A stretch of 64,000 bases of DNA from Gammaproteobacteria bacterium (GCA_965221695.1 OZ244905.1:3104001-3168000), one strand, 5' to 3'. Shown: positions 51,473-61,881, counted from the first letter of the stretch. Made by a program: numbers and translations. The notes: generated by a model not told the origin, from the sequence alone.

Positions 51473-53557
51473 ATGAACGTGGTAAAAAAAGAATTTCAAT
51501 ACGGGGATATTCCGGTCTCACTGGAGACCGGCAGAATTGCCAGGCAAGCCACTGGCGCGGTATTAGTGAGCATGGGGGATACAGTCGTGCTGGTAACCTG
51601 TGTCGCCAGCAAGGAAGCCCGGCCGGAGCAGGATTTTTTTCCTCTCACGGTGGATTACATGGAGAAAACTTATGCTGCCGGGAAGATTCCCGGCGGTTTT
51701 TTTCGGCGTGAGGGCCGACCCTCGGAAAAGGAAGTGTTGACGTGCAGGCTGATTGACAGGCCGATACGTCCCCTGTTTCCGAAAGATTTTAGAAATGAGG
51801 TGCAAATCATCGCCACGGTCATGTCGCTGGATCCGCAGATTGATCCGGACATACCGGCGCTGATTGGCGCGTCTGCCGCGCTCGGGGTGTCGGGAATTCC
51901 TTTCAACGGGCCCATCGGCGCAGCGCGGGTCGGTTATTCCGATGGCCAGTACCTGCTCAATCCCGGTTATGCCGAGTTGGCGCGATCGGAACTGGACCTG
52001 GTCGTGGCCGGCACAGAAACTTCCGTCCTGATGGTTGAATCCGAAGCTTCACTGCTATCGGAGGAAGTCATGCTCGGCGCAGTAATGTTTGGTCACGAGC
52101 GCATGCAGATCGTTATTGATAACATTCAGCAGTTGGTTGCTGAGGCCGGGACCAAGCCTTGGGACTGGCAGCCGCCGGAAGATGACAAGGAATTGGTGGC
52201 TGAAGTCGCCGAGCAGTGCGCCGACTTGCTGCGCGAAGCCTATTCGATCCAGGACAAGATCAGCCGGCGCGATCGGCTGTCGGATATTCGTTCCACGGTT
52301 GTCGCAGCGATTACAGCGAAACATGAAGAGCGTTGGAGCGAAAAGACCATCGCGCAGGCGTTTGAGAAATTGGAAAGTAGTACCGTTAGAGGCGCAATCG
52401 TGGCCGGCGAACCGCGCATCGACGGCAGGGACACCAGCGCCGTAAGGGAGATCAGTGTGGAAGTGGGCGTATTGCCCAGGGCGCACGGGTCTGCCTTGTT
52501 TACCCGGGGTGAGACCCAGGCCCTGGTAACCGCCACCCTGGGAACAGACCGGGATGCGCAGATTATCGACGCCATTGAAGGAGAGCGCAAAGATCCGTTC
52601 ATGCTGCATTACAATTTCCCGCCGTATTGCGTCGGTGAAACAGGACGCGCCGGTTCGCCCAAACGGCGCGAGATCGGTCACGGCAGGCTGGCCAAGCGCG
52701 CGCTGATGACAGTCATGCCAAACCTGGAGGAGTTTCCCTACGCCATCAGGATTGTGTCCGAGATCACGGAATCGAACGGTTCCAGTTCCATGGCCTCGGT
52801 CTGCGGCGCCAGCCTGGCGTTGATGGACGCGGGTATCAGCATAAAAGCCCCTGTGGCCGGCATCGCTATGGGCTTGATCAAAGAAGAAGATAAATTTGTG
52901 GTGTTGTCGGATATCATGGGCGATGAAGATCATCTTGGCGATATGGATTTCAAGGTGGCCGGTTCGGAAACCGGCATCAGCGCGCTGCAAATGGATATCA
53001 AGGTTCCGGGCATTACCAGGGAGATCATGTCGACTGCCTTGTCCCAGGCTCGGGCCGGTCGACTGCATATTCTCGAGAAGATGGGCGCGGCGCTCAGCGA
53101 GGCGCGCGCGGAGATGTCAGAATACGCTCCCCGCATCACCACTATCAAGATTCACCCGGACAAGATCAGGGACGTTATCGGCAAGGGCGGCGCTACCATC
53201 CGCGCCATCACGGACGAGACCGGCGCGGCTATCGACATCGACGACAACGGTTACGTGAAGATTTACTCCAGCGACAAGACTGCCAGTGATGCCGCGCGTA
53301 AACGCATTGAAGATATCACGGCTGAGGTTGAAGTCGGTAAAATCTATCGCGGCAGGGTTGCAAAGCTCATGGATTTCGGGGCATTTGTCAATATTCTGCC
53401 AGGCAAGGATGGACTGGTGCACATATCGCAGATTTCCGAGGAGCGCGTGCAGAATGTCAGCGACAAATTGTCGGAAGGCGATTTCGTCAAGGTCAAGGTG
53501 CTTGAGATTGACCGCCAGGGCAGGGTCCGCCTCAGCATGAAAGCAGTCGGCGAGTGA
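51473..53557 (+). CDS. pnp: Polyribonucleotide nucleotidyltransferase
   Basis: [30 protein letters not shown] and S1 domains. Confidence 0.98.
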   Translation: MNVVKKEFQYGDIPVSLETGRIARQATGAVLVSMGDTVVLVTCVASKEARPEQDFFPLTVDYMEKTYAAGKIPGGFFRREGRPSEKEVLTCRLIDRPIRPLFPKDFRNEVQIIATVMSLDPQIDPDIPALIGASAALGVSGIPFNGPIGAARVGYSDGQYLLNPGYAELARSELDLVVAGTETSVLMVESEASLLSEEVMLGAVMFGHERMQIVIDNIQQLVAEAGTKPWDWQPPEDDKELVAEVAEQCADLLREAYSIQDKISRRDRLSDIRSTVVAAITAKHEERWSEKTIAQAFEKLESSTVRGAIVAGEPRIDGRDTSAVREISVEVGVLPRAHGSALFTRGETQALVTATLGTDRDAQIIDAIEGERKDPFMLHYNFPPYCVGETGRAGSPKRREIGHGRLAKRALMTVMPNLEEFPYAIRIVSEITESNGSSSMASVCGASLALMDAGISIKAPVAGIAMGLIKEEDKFVVLSDIMGDEDHLGDMDFKVAGSETGISALQMDIKVPGITREIMSTALSQARAGRLHILEKMGAALSEARAEMSEYAPRITTIKIHPDKIRDVIGKGGATIRAITDETGAAIDIDDNGYVKIYSSDKTASDAARKRIEDITAEVEVGKIYRGRVAKLMDFGAFVNILPGKDGLVHISQISEERVQNVSDKLSEGDFVKVKVLEIDRQGRVRLSMKAVGE

Positions 53558-53874
53558 AACTACGCGCATTTCTGGTTGCCGGCGGATTATTGGGCGGCGG
53601 CCTGGCGCTGGGCTTTTTTTTTACACCGAACCGGCTGGCTATGCGAGCCGGCTCTTCTCCTGAACAGGTCTGGCTGATTTCTTGGGTCAGCGGTAATGCG
53701 GATAATCCGATTACGGCGCTGATCCAGCAGACGGAAATGGTTACCGGCGCACCGCTTGGCGGCATGGGAGAAGTCACCACACCGCCGCTGGCGCCAGCTT
53801 TGTGTAACGCCATCTGCGCGGTAACCGGACAGCGCATACGCCGTTTGCCATTGCTGGATCAGTTTTCGATATAG
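53554..53874 (+). pseudogene. Internally deleted IorB-like molybdopterin oxidoreductase beta subunit (N- and C-terminal ends fused in frame)
   Basis: N part [16 protein letters not shown]...W..ADN.IT....EM; C part [30 protein letters not shown]; only 106 aa. Confidence 0.75.
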
Positions 53875-53890
53875 CTCACAAAGCGCCATT

Positions 53891-54736
53891 ATGAGACTCA
53901 CAGGCAATGAATTCAGGCGCTGGGAGCATAAGTCCGTGACGCTCCTGGGCATGTCCGGGGTGGGCAAGACCACCCTGGCCAGGAAACTGCGGCGCCACAA
54001 CTGGTTCCACTATTCGGGCGATTACCGCATCGGCACCCGCTACCTTAATGAGGCCATCCTCGATAACATTAAGCACCATGTGATGCAGATCCCGTTTACC
54101 CGGGAGTTGCTGCGATCCGATTCGATCTATATCACCACCAACCTGGACATCGACAACCTGAAGCCACTGTCGAGTTTTCTGGGCAAACTGGGCAACCCGG
54201 AGCAAGGTGGCCTCGACCTGACGGAATTCAAACGCCGCCAGGCATTGCATCGGGTTGCCGAGGTCAATGCGATGAACGACGTGCCGGAATTCATGCAGAG
54301 GGCTCGTGAAGTCTACGGTTATGCCCATTTCGTCAATGATGCCGGCGGCAGCCTGTGCGAGCTGGACGATAACGTGATCGCGATGCTGGCACAGCATACC
54401 CTGGTGCTGTATATGCAGGCCACGGCCGCGGATGAAAAGGAACTGATGGCGCGTGCGGAGCAGGACCCCAAGCCGTTGTATTACCAGGAGGACTTCCTGG
54501 ATGAGCAACTGGCCGGTTACATGCGGGAACGGGACCAGGATTATATCGCGCTGATAGAACCCGACGATTTTGTCAGGTGGGTGTTCCCGAGGCTGTTCCG
54601 CGCCCGTATTCCGCGCTATGAGCAGATTGCCGCGAAGTATGGCTATACCGTTGCCAGCGATGAAGTGCTCGGCCTCGAGTCCGAACAGGATTTCGTCGAT
54701 GTCATCGCCGGTGTACTCGACCGGCAGGGAGTCTGA
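53891..54736 (+). CDS. Uncharacterised P-loop ATPase/kinase upstream of metA
   Basis: GMSGVGKT Walker A, HYSGDYRIGTRYL, NDAGGSLCE. Confidence 0.75.
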   Translation: MRLTGNEFRRWEHKSVTLLGMSGVGKTTLARKLRRHNWFHYSGDYRIGTRYLNEAILDNIKHHVMQIPFTRELLRSDSIYITTNLDIDNLKPLSSFLGKLGNPEQGGLDLTEFKRRQALHRVAEVNAMNDVPEFMQRAREVYGYAHFVNDAGGSLCELDDNVIAMLAQHTLVLYMQATAADEKELMARAEQDPKPLYYQEDFLDEQLAGYMRERDQDYIALIEPDDFVRWVFPRLFRARIPRYEQIAAKYGYTVASDEVLGLESEQDFVDVIAGVLDRQGV

Positions 54737-54801
54737 AAAATGTGCAGTAATGCGCTGATAACGAACAACTACCAGACCGCAGCCGACGGTCCGGCTCGAT
54801 C

Positions 54802-55815
54802 ATGCCGCTGGTAGCAAACACCGACCTGCCCAGTTTTGCGCGTTTGCAGAGCGAAGGCAGTCTTGTGATTCCCCGGGATACGGCGCTGAGCCAGGAAGTG
54901 CGCGAGTTGCATATCGGCCTGCTGAATATGATGCCGGACAAGGCCCTGGAGGCTACGGAAAGGCAGTTCTTTCGGCTGGTCGGTGAAAGCAACCAGATAG
55001 CGAGGTTTTACCTGCACCCGTTTACCCTGGAGCAACTGCAGCGCAGCCGCCAAGGTCGCGAGCATGTGAACAGGTATTACAAGCGTTTTGAGCAAATCCA
55101 ATCCGACGGCCTGGATGCGTTAATCATCACCGGCGCCAATGTCGTCGAGCCTGAGCTGGACCGGCAGGAGTTCTGGGACCCGCTGATCGAGGTGGTCGAC
55201 TGGGCCTGTGGGAATGTCACATCCATATTATGTTCCTGCCTGGCCACGCACGCGGTGTTGCAGTTCCGTTATCGGCAACGCCGGGTCGCCCTGCCCGAGA
55301 AGTGCTGGGGTATTTATTCACACCGGGTCATGGACCGGTCGCATCCGCTGGTGGCCGGTATGAACACCCGCTTTGACGTGCCCCATTCCCGCTTCAATGC
55401 GGTGACGCCGGAGCAGTTCGCCGCGGCCGGCCTGAAGGTGCTGGCGCAGAGCGGCGAGGTTGGTGTCCACCTTGCCGTCAGTGAGGATGGGTTGCGCCTG
55501 GTATTTTTCCAGGGGCATCCCGAGTATGACGCGAACAGCTTGCTCAAGGAATACAAGCGTGAGGTCTTGCGTTATTTCTCCGCGGAGGTGGACACCTATC
55601 CGCCGTTCCCCGAGAATTATTTCAGCATGCAGACCCGGGCGATACTGGAGGAGTACCGGGATCGCGTGGCCACGGCCAGGGAAACCGGCGGCGACCTGCC
55701 GCTGTTCCCGGAGGAGCTAATCAGCCCCGGCCTGGACAACACCTGGCATGACAGCGCCGAGTCCGTGATCAATAACTGGATCGGGCAGGTCTACCGTTTG
55801 ACCCACTCTGGTTAA
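54802..55815 (+). CDS. metA: Homoserine O-acyltransferase (probably succinyl)
   Basis: IGLLNMMPD..LEATERQF, IITGAN, SCLA catalytic Cys, PHSR, GHPEYD. Confidence 0.92.
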   Translation: MPLVANTDLPSFARLQSEGSLVIPRDTALSQEVRELHIGLLNMMPDKALEATERQFFRLVGESNQIARFYLHPFTLEQLQRSRQGREHVNRYYKRFEQIQSDGLDALIITGANVVEPELDRQEFWDPLIEVVDWACGNVTSILCSCLATHAVLQFRYRQRRVALPEKCWGIYSHRVMDRSHPLVAGMNTRFDVPHSRFNAVTPEQFAAAGLKVLAQSGEVGVHLAVSEDGLRLVFFQGHPEYDANSLLKEYKREVLRYFSAEVDTYPPFPENYFSMQTRAILEEYRDRVATARETGGDLPLFPEELISPGLDNTWHDSAESVINNWIGQVYRLTHSG

Positions 55816-56163
55816 TCATTCAGCTTCTTTTTTCGAGCGGGTAGTACGGCGCCGTCGCGCCCTGGGTTTTGGCGCAGGCGCGGTCTCAGCCGCGGCCTGT
55901 TCCGGCCAGGGGCTGAAGGGGAACGGCCTGTCATCCGACTGGAAGGTCGCATAACCCAGGATCTGGGAGATGTAACGCAACAGGCCACCGCCGAAATCGG
56001 CAAGTTGCCGGTTCAGGTTACCTGTGAGCAGCTTAGTCACAAATTGGAAAACCACCAGCAGCGACACAAGAATGATCGCAAAATAAAAGATGCAGGCGAA
56101 AATGAGGATAAACAGGCCGCGCAGCCATATGTCCGGATTTTTTACATTTTCTTTTACGCTCAC
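55816..56163 (-). CDS. DUF4389-like membrane protein
   Basis: WLRGLFIL, N.QL..FG..L..Y..Q...Y.TF....PFPFSPWP. Confidence 0.75.
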   Translation of the reverse strand: MSVKENVKNPDIWLRGLFILIFACIFYFAIILVSLLVVFQFVTKLLTGNLNRQLADFGGGLLRYISQILGYATFQSDDRPFPFSPWPEQAAAETAPAPKPRARRRRTTRSKKEAE

Positions 56164-56233
56164 TGGAATTCTCCTGATTACGAATTACCATTTACGACAG
56201 TATAACTCATAATTTGGTTCCCGCAGAGGTCCT

Positions 56234-58039
56234 TCAGTCAAGACTGAATGTCAGTATCTCGTCGCCGGTCTCATAGCCGAACAGGGAATTTCCGCCCGCG
56301 GCGACGGTAATGTACTGTTTGCCGTTCACCATGTAGCTGACCGGTGGCGCGTTCACGCCGTACTTACTCGTGTACTCCCACAGCGGCGCGCCGCTATGGG
56401 CGTGATAGGCGACGAAACGGCCGTTGCCCTCACCGGCGAACACCAGGTCGCCGGCGGTGGCCAGCGCGCCGCCGACCATCGGCCGTTCCACTTTTCGCTG
56501 CCATTTCAGTTTGCCGGATACGACATCAATCGCGCTGAGCACGCCCCAATCCGGCTCATCCGCCTTCTTGAAAAACGTGAAGCTCTGCCAGGGCGCGCCC
56601 GGCTTAGGTTCCAGTTTCCTGGAAAAGAACAGGGAAGGCTGGTAAATGCCCGGAATATAAACCTGTTGCAGTCCGGGATGGTAAGCCACCGGAGACCAGG
56701 ATACCGCGCCCAGGGTGCCGGGCACGATGCGCACGCCTTGCTCTGTCGGCCGCGCGAACAGGTTTTCCGGCTTGATGAAAGGTTCGCTGCGCCGGATCAA
56801 CCTGCCGGTGAGCCGGTCATGGATAAAGAACCAGCCGAGCTTGCTCGCCTGGCCGACCACCTTGACCGTCTTTCCATCTTCGACCAGGTCGAACAGTACC
56901 GGCGGGCTGGCCACATCATAGCCCCAGCGGTCATGGGGCGCCTGCTGGTAATGCCAGCGCAATTTGCCCGTGTCCGCTTCCAGCGCGACCAGGCTGACGG
57001 TGTACAGGTTGTCGCCGGGCCGGGTGCTGTCGTCCATCTGCGGTGACGGGTTACCGGTGCCGATATAGACCAGGCCCAGTTCCGGGTCGATGGCGGGGGT
57101 GGTGTAGATTGAACCGCCCCCGTAGCGCCAGGTGTCGGCATAGGTCTTGTTGGCGCGCCGCTCTGCTCTCAGGTCCCGGTTCAACGGCACACCGTAACGG
57201 GTTTCCCTGCGCCAATTGCCCTGCCAGCCGGTTTCCGGCGTGCTGTACCAGCGCCAGATCTCCGCCCCTGTTTCCGTATCGTAGGCGACGATGAAGCCCC
57301 GTAACCCATGCCCGCCGCCGGACAGGCCGCCCACCGACAATACCTGCTTGCCATCCTCTTCCAGGTCCATATGCAGGCCGTAACCGGCGCCGGAAATACC
57401 CACCAGCACTTTACCGGCAAATACCTGTGGCGCCAGGTTGGCGGTGTACCCGGTCTGCCCCGATTGTGTTGCGCCTTTCAGTTCATCCACACCCAGCAAC
57501 GGGTCGAGGCGTTCCGCCTTGCCGGCATCGGTATCCGTGATGGCTGTCTCCCACAGCGCCTTCCCTGTGTTTCGGTCCAGCGCTATCAACCTGGCATCGA
57601 TAGTGACGGTGAATACCTTGTTTGCGTTCAGCGCCGGGCCGCGGTTGGCGGGGCCGCAGCAGAAGGTCCTGTCTTTCGGTAGGTTATGCCGATAACGCCA
57701 CAACACTTTCCCCGTGCGCGCGCGCAGGGCTATCACGTCGTTATAAGGGGTGGTGATGTACATGGTTCCAGCCCGTACGATGGGCGAGGTCTGGAACGAT
57801 CCGACCTTGCCGGTCTGGTATCGCCAGGCCAGTCGCAGGCGTTCCACGTTGCCGGCATTCACCTGGGACAGGGGGCTGAAACGCTGGTTGTCAAAGGTGC
57901 GCCCGTACAGCGGCCAGTCACTGTTGTCGGTGAGTATCACGGCCGCGCCGGCAGGTTGAGCGACGAGGCACCACAGCGCTGCCGCCAGCCCGCAATAACA
58001 GCGGATTCCATTGATTAACGCCTGCATTTTTTTCTCCAC
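56234..58039 (-). CDS. PQQ-dependent dehydrogenase family protein (atypical active site)
   Basis: Signal peptide, DW..YG...NQRFSPL.Q, CCG..NRG, Trp-docking repeats, PVSYMVNGKQYI; no heme domain. Confidence 0.88.
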   Translation of the reverse strand: MEKKMQALINGIRCYCGLAAALWCLVAQPAGAAVILTDNSDWPLYGRTFDNQRFSPLSQVNAGNVERLRLAWRYQTGKVGSFQTSPIVRAGTMYITTPYNDVIALRARTGKVLWRYRHNLPKDRTFCCGPANRGPALNANKVFTVTIDARLIALDRNTGKALWETAITDTDAGKAERLDPLLGVDELKGATQSGQTGYTANLAPQVFAGKVLVGISGAGYGLHMDLEEDGKQVLSVGGLSGGGHGLRGFIVAYDTETGAEIWRWYSTPETGWQGNWRRETRYGVPLNRDLRAERRANKTYADTWRYGGGSIYTTPAIDPELGLVYIGTGNPSPQMDDSTRPGDNLYTVSLVALEADTGKLRWHYQQAPHDRWGYDVASPPVLFDLVEDGKTVKVVGQASKLGWFFIHDRLTGRLIRRSEPFIKPENLFARPTEQGVRIVPGTLGAVSWSPVAYHPGLQQVYIPGIYQPSLFFSRKLEPKPGAPWQSFTFFKKADEPDWGVLSAIDVVSGKLKWQRKVERPMVGGALATAGDLVFAGEGNGRFVAYHAHSGAPLWEYTSKYGVNAPPVSYMVNGKQYITVAAGGNSLFGYETGDEILTFSLD

Positions 58040-58046
58040 GTGAATG

Positions 58047-58099
58047 GGTGCGATATTCGGGTCAGCCCGAATATCTCACCAATTGATGCGATATTCGGG
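58047..58099. repeat. 34-bp palindromic micro-element (IS1380-end-like) plus adjacent half copy
   Basis: CCCGAATATCTCACCAATTGATGCGATATTCGGG at 58066..58099; its reverse complement matches the 32149 and 36753 repeats. Confidence 0.75.
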
Positions 58100-58185
58100 T
58101 TTGAGATCATATTTGAACTTGCGCGCAAGCTCAAACACGAGTCTGGGGTGTCTGCACGGTATTGCGTTGGCGCCATGCTTTAACA

Positions 58186-58770
58186 TCAGCAGGTGATAAC
58201 CCGTCTCTCCGTAATAATCTTCTGCACCCGCATGTCTGAAGAGGTGGTGGGCAAGTCTTCCACGAGCTGGCATTCATAACACAGCGCCACCCGCGCGCTC
58301 CCGGGGTGCGCGGCGAACCACCGGTCGTAATAGCCTCTGCCGTAACCGATGCGCCTGCCGTCCGCGGTAAAACCCAGGCCCGGGGTGATGCACAGGTCCG
58401 CCTCTCCGGACCATTCCCTGTCCGTATCCGGCGTGAGTATGCCCAGTTGTCCGACCCGCAACCTGTCCCAGCCTTCGAATGCGACGGCGATCATGGTTTC
58501 GCGATTGAGTATTCTCGGGATCAGTACTGTTTTGCCCGCTCGCCGCAGGCGATCGATGATACTGCGGGTATCCACTTCCTGGTCCGCCGACACGTAAGTG
58601 AAAACCGTGGCTGCCTGATCGGTCTGCTGCAGCAGGCGTGTGCGAATGGCCCGGTCGTATTCGGGCTGCAGCCGCTCCGGCACACGGCGTTGTTGTTTCA
58701 GGTATGTACGCAGGCGCGCTTTCTGTTGCGCGGGTGTGGTCTCGTCTTTAACCGGGGGGGGCATATTCAA
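58186..58770 (-). CDS. ygfA: 5-formyltetrahydrofolate cyclo-ligase
   Basis: EVDT, TPGLGFT.DGRRIGYGRGYYDR, D.RVQKIITE. Confidence 0.92.
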   Translation of the reverse strand: MNMPPPVKDETTPAQQKARLRTYLKQQRRVPERLQPEYDRAIRTRLLQQTDQAATVFTYVSADQEVDTRSIIDRLRRAGKTVLIPRILNRETMIAVAFEGWDRLRVGQLGILTPDTDREWSGEADLCITPGLGFTADGRRIGYGRGYYDRWFAAHPGSARVALCYECQLVEDLPTTSSDMRVQKIITERRVITC

Positions 58771-58962
58771 TCAGGAGTGCGACAATTTTGTGAGATTAAG
58801 GTTATTTTACACCTGCCCGATATTCCCTGAAGTCATCGAAACGGTTGCTGCGGATGGCGTTGGCGCCGTTGATTGAATCAACGGTATTTTGTTTTTTTGT
58901 AAAAACATAATACAATAGTGCACTTTTTCAGCAGAGAACTAAAGCCGGTACAAGGTGAGTAT

Positions 58963-59223
58963 ATGGTTACAATACGATTGGCTCGGGCAGGCGCAAAGAA
59001 AAGACCTTTTTATCACATAGTTGCCGCAGATTCACGCAGTCCGCGTGACGGCAGGTATATTGAAAGACTGGGTTTCTTCAACCCGATCGCGAGCGGCCGG
59101 GAGCAGAAACTTAAACTGGAACAGGCGCGCATAGACTACTGGCTGTCCCAGGGGGCGCAGCCCTCTGAACGCGTGGTCCGACTGATAAAGAACAACGCCG
59201 GAAGCGAAGCCGGTAGCGGTTGA
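58963..59223 (+). CDS. rpsP: 30S ribosomal protein S16
   Basis: [31 protein letters not shown]. Confidence 0.97.
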   Translation: MVTIRLARAGAKKRPFYHIVAADSRSPRDGRYIERLGFFNPIASGREQKLKLEQARIDYWLSQGAQPSERVVRLIKNNAGSEAGSG

Positions 59224-59765
59224 GGCCGATGCCGGCGCAGGCTGGCAACAAGCCGGGCAGACGGATAATCCTCGGCCGGATATCAGGCATACACGGGGTA
59301 CGCGGCTGGCTTAAGGTCTTCTCCTACACGGACCCCAGGGAAAACATCTTTTTGTATCAACCCTGGTTGCTGGCGCAGGGTGGGGAGGAGGATGGCACGG
59401 CCTGGACCGAGATCGAGTTTGCCGATTGCGGGACCAGCGGCAAGACCCTGATGGCTAAATTTCCGGGAATTGAAGACAGGGAAAGCGCATATCAATTTGT
59501 CGGCCGATCATTGGCGGTGTATCGCGATCGGTTGCCGGCGCCGGAACCGGGTGAATATTACTGGACGGACTTGATGAACATGGAAGTTGTGGCGCTGACC
59601 GGGGAACGCCTGGGAAGGGTTGCCGATATCCATGCAACCGGCGCCAACGATGTGCTGATCGTGCAGGGTAACAGGCGCCTTACCATTCCGTTCGTCATGG
59701 ACGAGGTCATCCGGCAGGTGGACCTGGAGGCGTCCCTGATCACGGTGGACTGGGAATGGGATTGA
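59220..59765 (+). CDS. rimM: Ribosome maturation factor RimM
   Basis: [26 protein letters not shown]; start approximate. Confidence 0.94.
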   Translation: MRPMPAQAGNKPGRRIILGRISGIHGVRGWLKVFSYTDPRENIFLYQPWLLAQGGEEDGTAWTEIEFADCGTSGKTLMAKFPGIEDRESAYQFVGRSLAVYRDRLPAPEPGEYYWTDLMNMEVVALTGERLGRVADIHATGANDVLIVQGNRRLTIPFVMDEVIRQVDLEASLITVDWEWD

Positions 59766-60511
59766 AGGTAACTGTGGTTACGCTGTTTCCGGAGATGTTT
59801 GCCGCAGTCAGTGACTATGGTGTGACCGGAAAAGCCAGCGGTTCCGGATTGCTGCGGATCAACACGATCAATCCGCGCGATTATGCGACAGACCGACACC
59901 GCAGTGTAGATGACAGGCCTTATGGCGGCGGGCCTGGCATGGTCATGCTGGCGCAGCCGCTGCTGGCGGCCATAGACGACGCTAAGCGGGCTTTGCCCGG
60001 CGCCGCGGTGTGTTACCTGTCTCCGCAGGGGCGGCAACTCAGACAACAGGACGTGATGGAATTTGCGCGTAGGGACTCGTTCATCCTGGTTGCCGGCCGT
60101 TATGAAGGCGTTGATGAACGGGTTATCGAGTTGGAAGTTGACGAGGAGTGGTCCATCGGAGATTACGTGCTCAGCGGTGGCGAACTGCCGGCCATGGTAC
60201 TGATAGATGCGGTAGCCAGATGCCTGCCCGGCGCACTGGGGAACGAGGAGTCCGCGGCGGCGGATTCTTTTTTCAGGGGGCTGTTGGATTGTCCCCATTA
60301 CACCAGGCCCGAGGTCGTGGCCGGCAAGTCGGCGCCGCCGGTATTGTTGAGCGGCGACCATGAAAAAATACGCAAATGGCGCCTGAAACAGGCGCTGGGA
60401 CGAACCTGGAAACGGCGTCCCGACCTGTTGCGGACGCCGGAGTTGGATGCCGAGCAACAGGCGCTGCTGGATGAATACATCATCGAAGAACAGGATAACG
60501 ATAACGTTTGA
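59756..60511 (+). CDS. trmD: tRNA (guanine-N1)-methyltransferase
   Basis: [32 protein letters not shown]. Confidence 0.97.
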   Translation: MGLKVTVVTLFPEMFAAVSDYGVTGKASGSGLLRINTINPRDYATDRHRSVDDRPYGGGPGMVMLAQPLLAAIDDAKRALPGAAVCYLSPQGRQLRQQDVMEFARRDSFILVAGRYEGVDERVIELEVDEEWSIGDYVLSGGELPAMVLIDAVARCLPGALGNEESAAADSFFRGLLDCPHYTRPEVVAGKSAPPVLLSGDHEKIRKWRLKQALGRTWKRRPDLLRTPELDAEQQALLDEYIIEEQDNDNV

Positions 60512-60529
60512 GTAAAGAGGTTTTGAACC

Positions 60530-60886
60530 ATGGCGAATATTATTGAACAGCTCGAAGCCGAGCAATGCGACCGGGAAATACCGGAGTTTAATCCCGGCGA
60601 CACCGTTATCGTACAGGTCAAGGTGGTGGAAGGTCAGCGCGAACGCTTGCAGGCGTTTGAAGGTACGGTCATCGCCAAGAAAAACCGCGGCCTCAACTCT
60701 TCGTTCACCGTGCGCAAGATTTCCTATGGCGAAGGCGTGGAACGGGTGTTCCAGACCTACAGCCCGAGTATTGCCGGCATTACCGTAAAACGGCGCGGCG
60801 CGGTGCGCAGGGCCAAACTGTATTACATGCGCGACCGGCGCGGCAAGGCAGCCAGGATCAAGGAGAAAATCAAACCCTCATCCTGA
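60530..60886 (+). CDS. rplS: 50S ribosomal protein L19
   Basis: [30 protein letters not shown]. Confidence 0.97.
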   Translation: MANIIEQLEAEQCDREIPEFNPGDTVIVQVKVVEGQRERLQAFEGTVIAKKNRGLNSSFTVRKISYGEGVERVFQTYSPSIAGITVKRRGAVRRAKLYYMRDRRGKAARIKEKIKPSS

Positions 60887-60896
60887 CGAGTAACTA

Positions 60897-61784
60897 ATGC
60901 CTGATAAACAGGCTGTTATTGACCAGTTTCTCGATGCCTTGTGGCTGGAGCGGGGGCTCAGCGAAAATACCCTCAGCGCTTACCGCAGCGACCTTTATTC
61001 CTATTCCGATTGGCTTGCGCCCTCAGCCCGCGGCCTGTTGCACTCGCGGCCCGAGGATGTGCTCGCCTACCTGGCCACGTTAACCGGCAAATCTGCGCGC
61101 ACCAGCGCCAGGCGCCTGTCTTCCCTGCGCCGCTTCTTCCAGTACCAGGCCAGGGAGGGGCAAATTGACGGCGATCCCTGTGCCCACATCGCATCGCCGC
61201 GCATCGGCCGACCATTGCCGAAATCCCTGACCGAGGAGGAGGTTGAGAACCTGCTCGCAGCGCCGGATACCACTACCGCGCTAGGCCAGCGCGACCGGGC
61301 GATGCTGGAGGTGTTGTACGCGACCGGGCTCAGAGTATCGGAACTGGTCAGCCTGCAACTGGGCCAGGTGAATTTGAGACAAGGCGTGTTGCGGGTGATC
61401 GGCAAGGGCAATAAGGAACGCCTGGTACCGCTGGGAGAAGAAGCCTCCGACTGGGTCGAGAAATTTATTCGTCAGGGACGCGCTGAACTGTTGCCGGCAA
61501 CGCCTGTGGACATGTTGTTTCCCAGCCGGCGCGGCCGCGTGATGGCGCGCCAGACCTTCTGGCATGCGATAAAACGCCATGCGACCCGGGCGGGCATCAG
61601 CAAGACACTGTCCCCGCATGTGCTCAGGCATGCATTTGCCACGCACCTGCTGAACCATGGCGCTGATTTGCGCGTGGTGCAACTGCTGCTGGGTCACAGC
61701 AATATATCAACCACGCAGATTTACACCCATGTCGCCAGGGAACGGCTGAAAAACCTGCATGCCGAACACCACCCGCGGGGATGA
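60897..61784 (+). CDS. xerD: Tyrosine recombinase XerD
   Basis: LYATGLRVSELV, SPHVLRHAFATHLLNHGADLRVVQ, TTQIYTHV; next to dsbC. Confidence 0.96.
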   Translation: MPDKQAVIDQFLDALWLERGLSENTLSAYRSDLYSYSDWLAPSARGLLHSRPEDVLAYLATLTGKSARTSARRLSSLRRFFQYQAREGQIDGDPCAHIASPRIGRPLPKSLTEEEVENLLAAPDTTTALGQRDRAMLEVLYATGLRVSELVSLQLGQVNLRQGVLRVIGKGNKERLVPLGEEASDWVEKFIRQGRAELLPATPVDMLFPSRRGRVMARQTFWHAIKRHATRAGISKTLSPHVLRHAFATHLLNHGADLRVVQLLLGHSNISTTQIYTHVARERLKNLHAEHHPRG

Positions 61785-61823
61785 AATACGTTGGACTTTA
61801 GCGTTTTCGGACGTTAGAATCAG

Positions 61824-61852
61824 GGAACCTCTGAGATTAAGTCAGAGCTTTC
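61824..61852. repeat. 29-bp micro-element (reverse orientation)
   Basis: GGAACCTCTGAGATTAAGTCAGAGCTTTC followed by TTAA, between xerD and dsbC. Confidence 0.8.
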
Positions 61853-61881
61853 TTAAGCTTAATTTGACAAGGAGTTGGCAT

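Noticed and set aside
58866-58884. TTGAT-TGA-ATCAA as an FNR box
   Set aside because: The spacer is 3 bp, whereas FNR needs 4 bp.
60897-61784. Tyrosine recombinase as the island integrase
   Set aside because: It is housekeeping XerD in the standard rplS-xerD-dsbC context, 35 kb from the island.
7908-61852. 27/29-bp palindromes as CRISPR repeats or dif sites
   Set aside because: Dispersed rather than arrayed, and not matching the XerC/XerD dif consensus despite one copy lying beside xerD.
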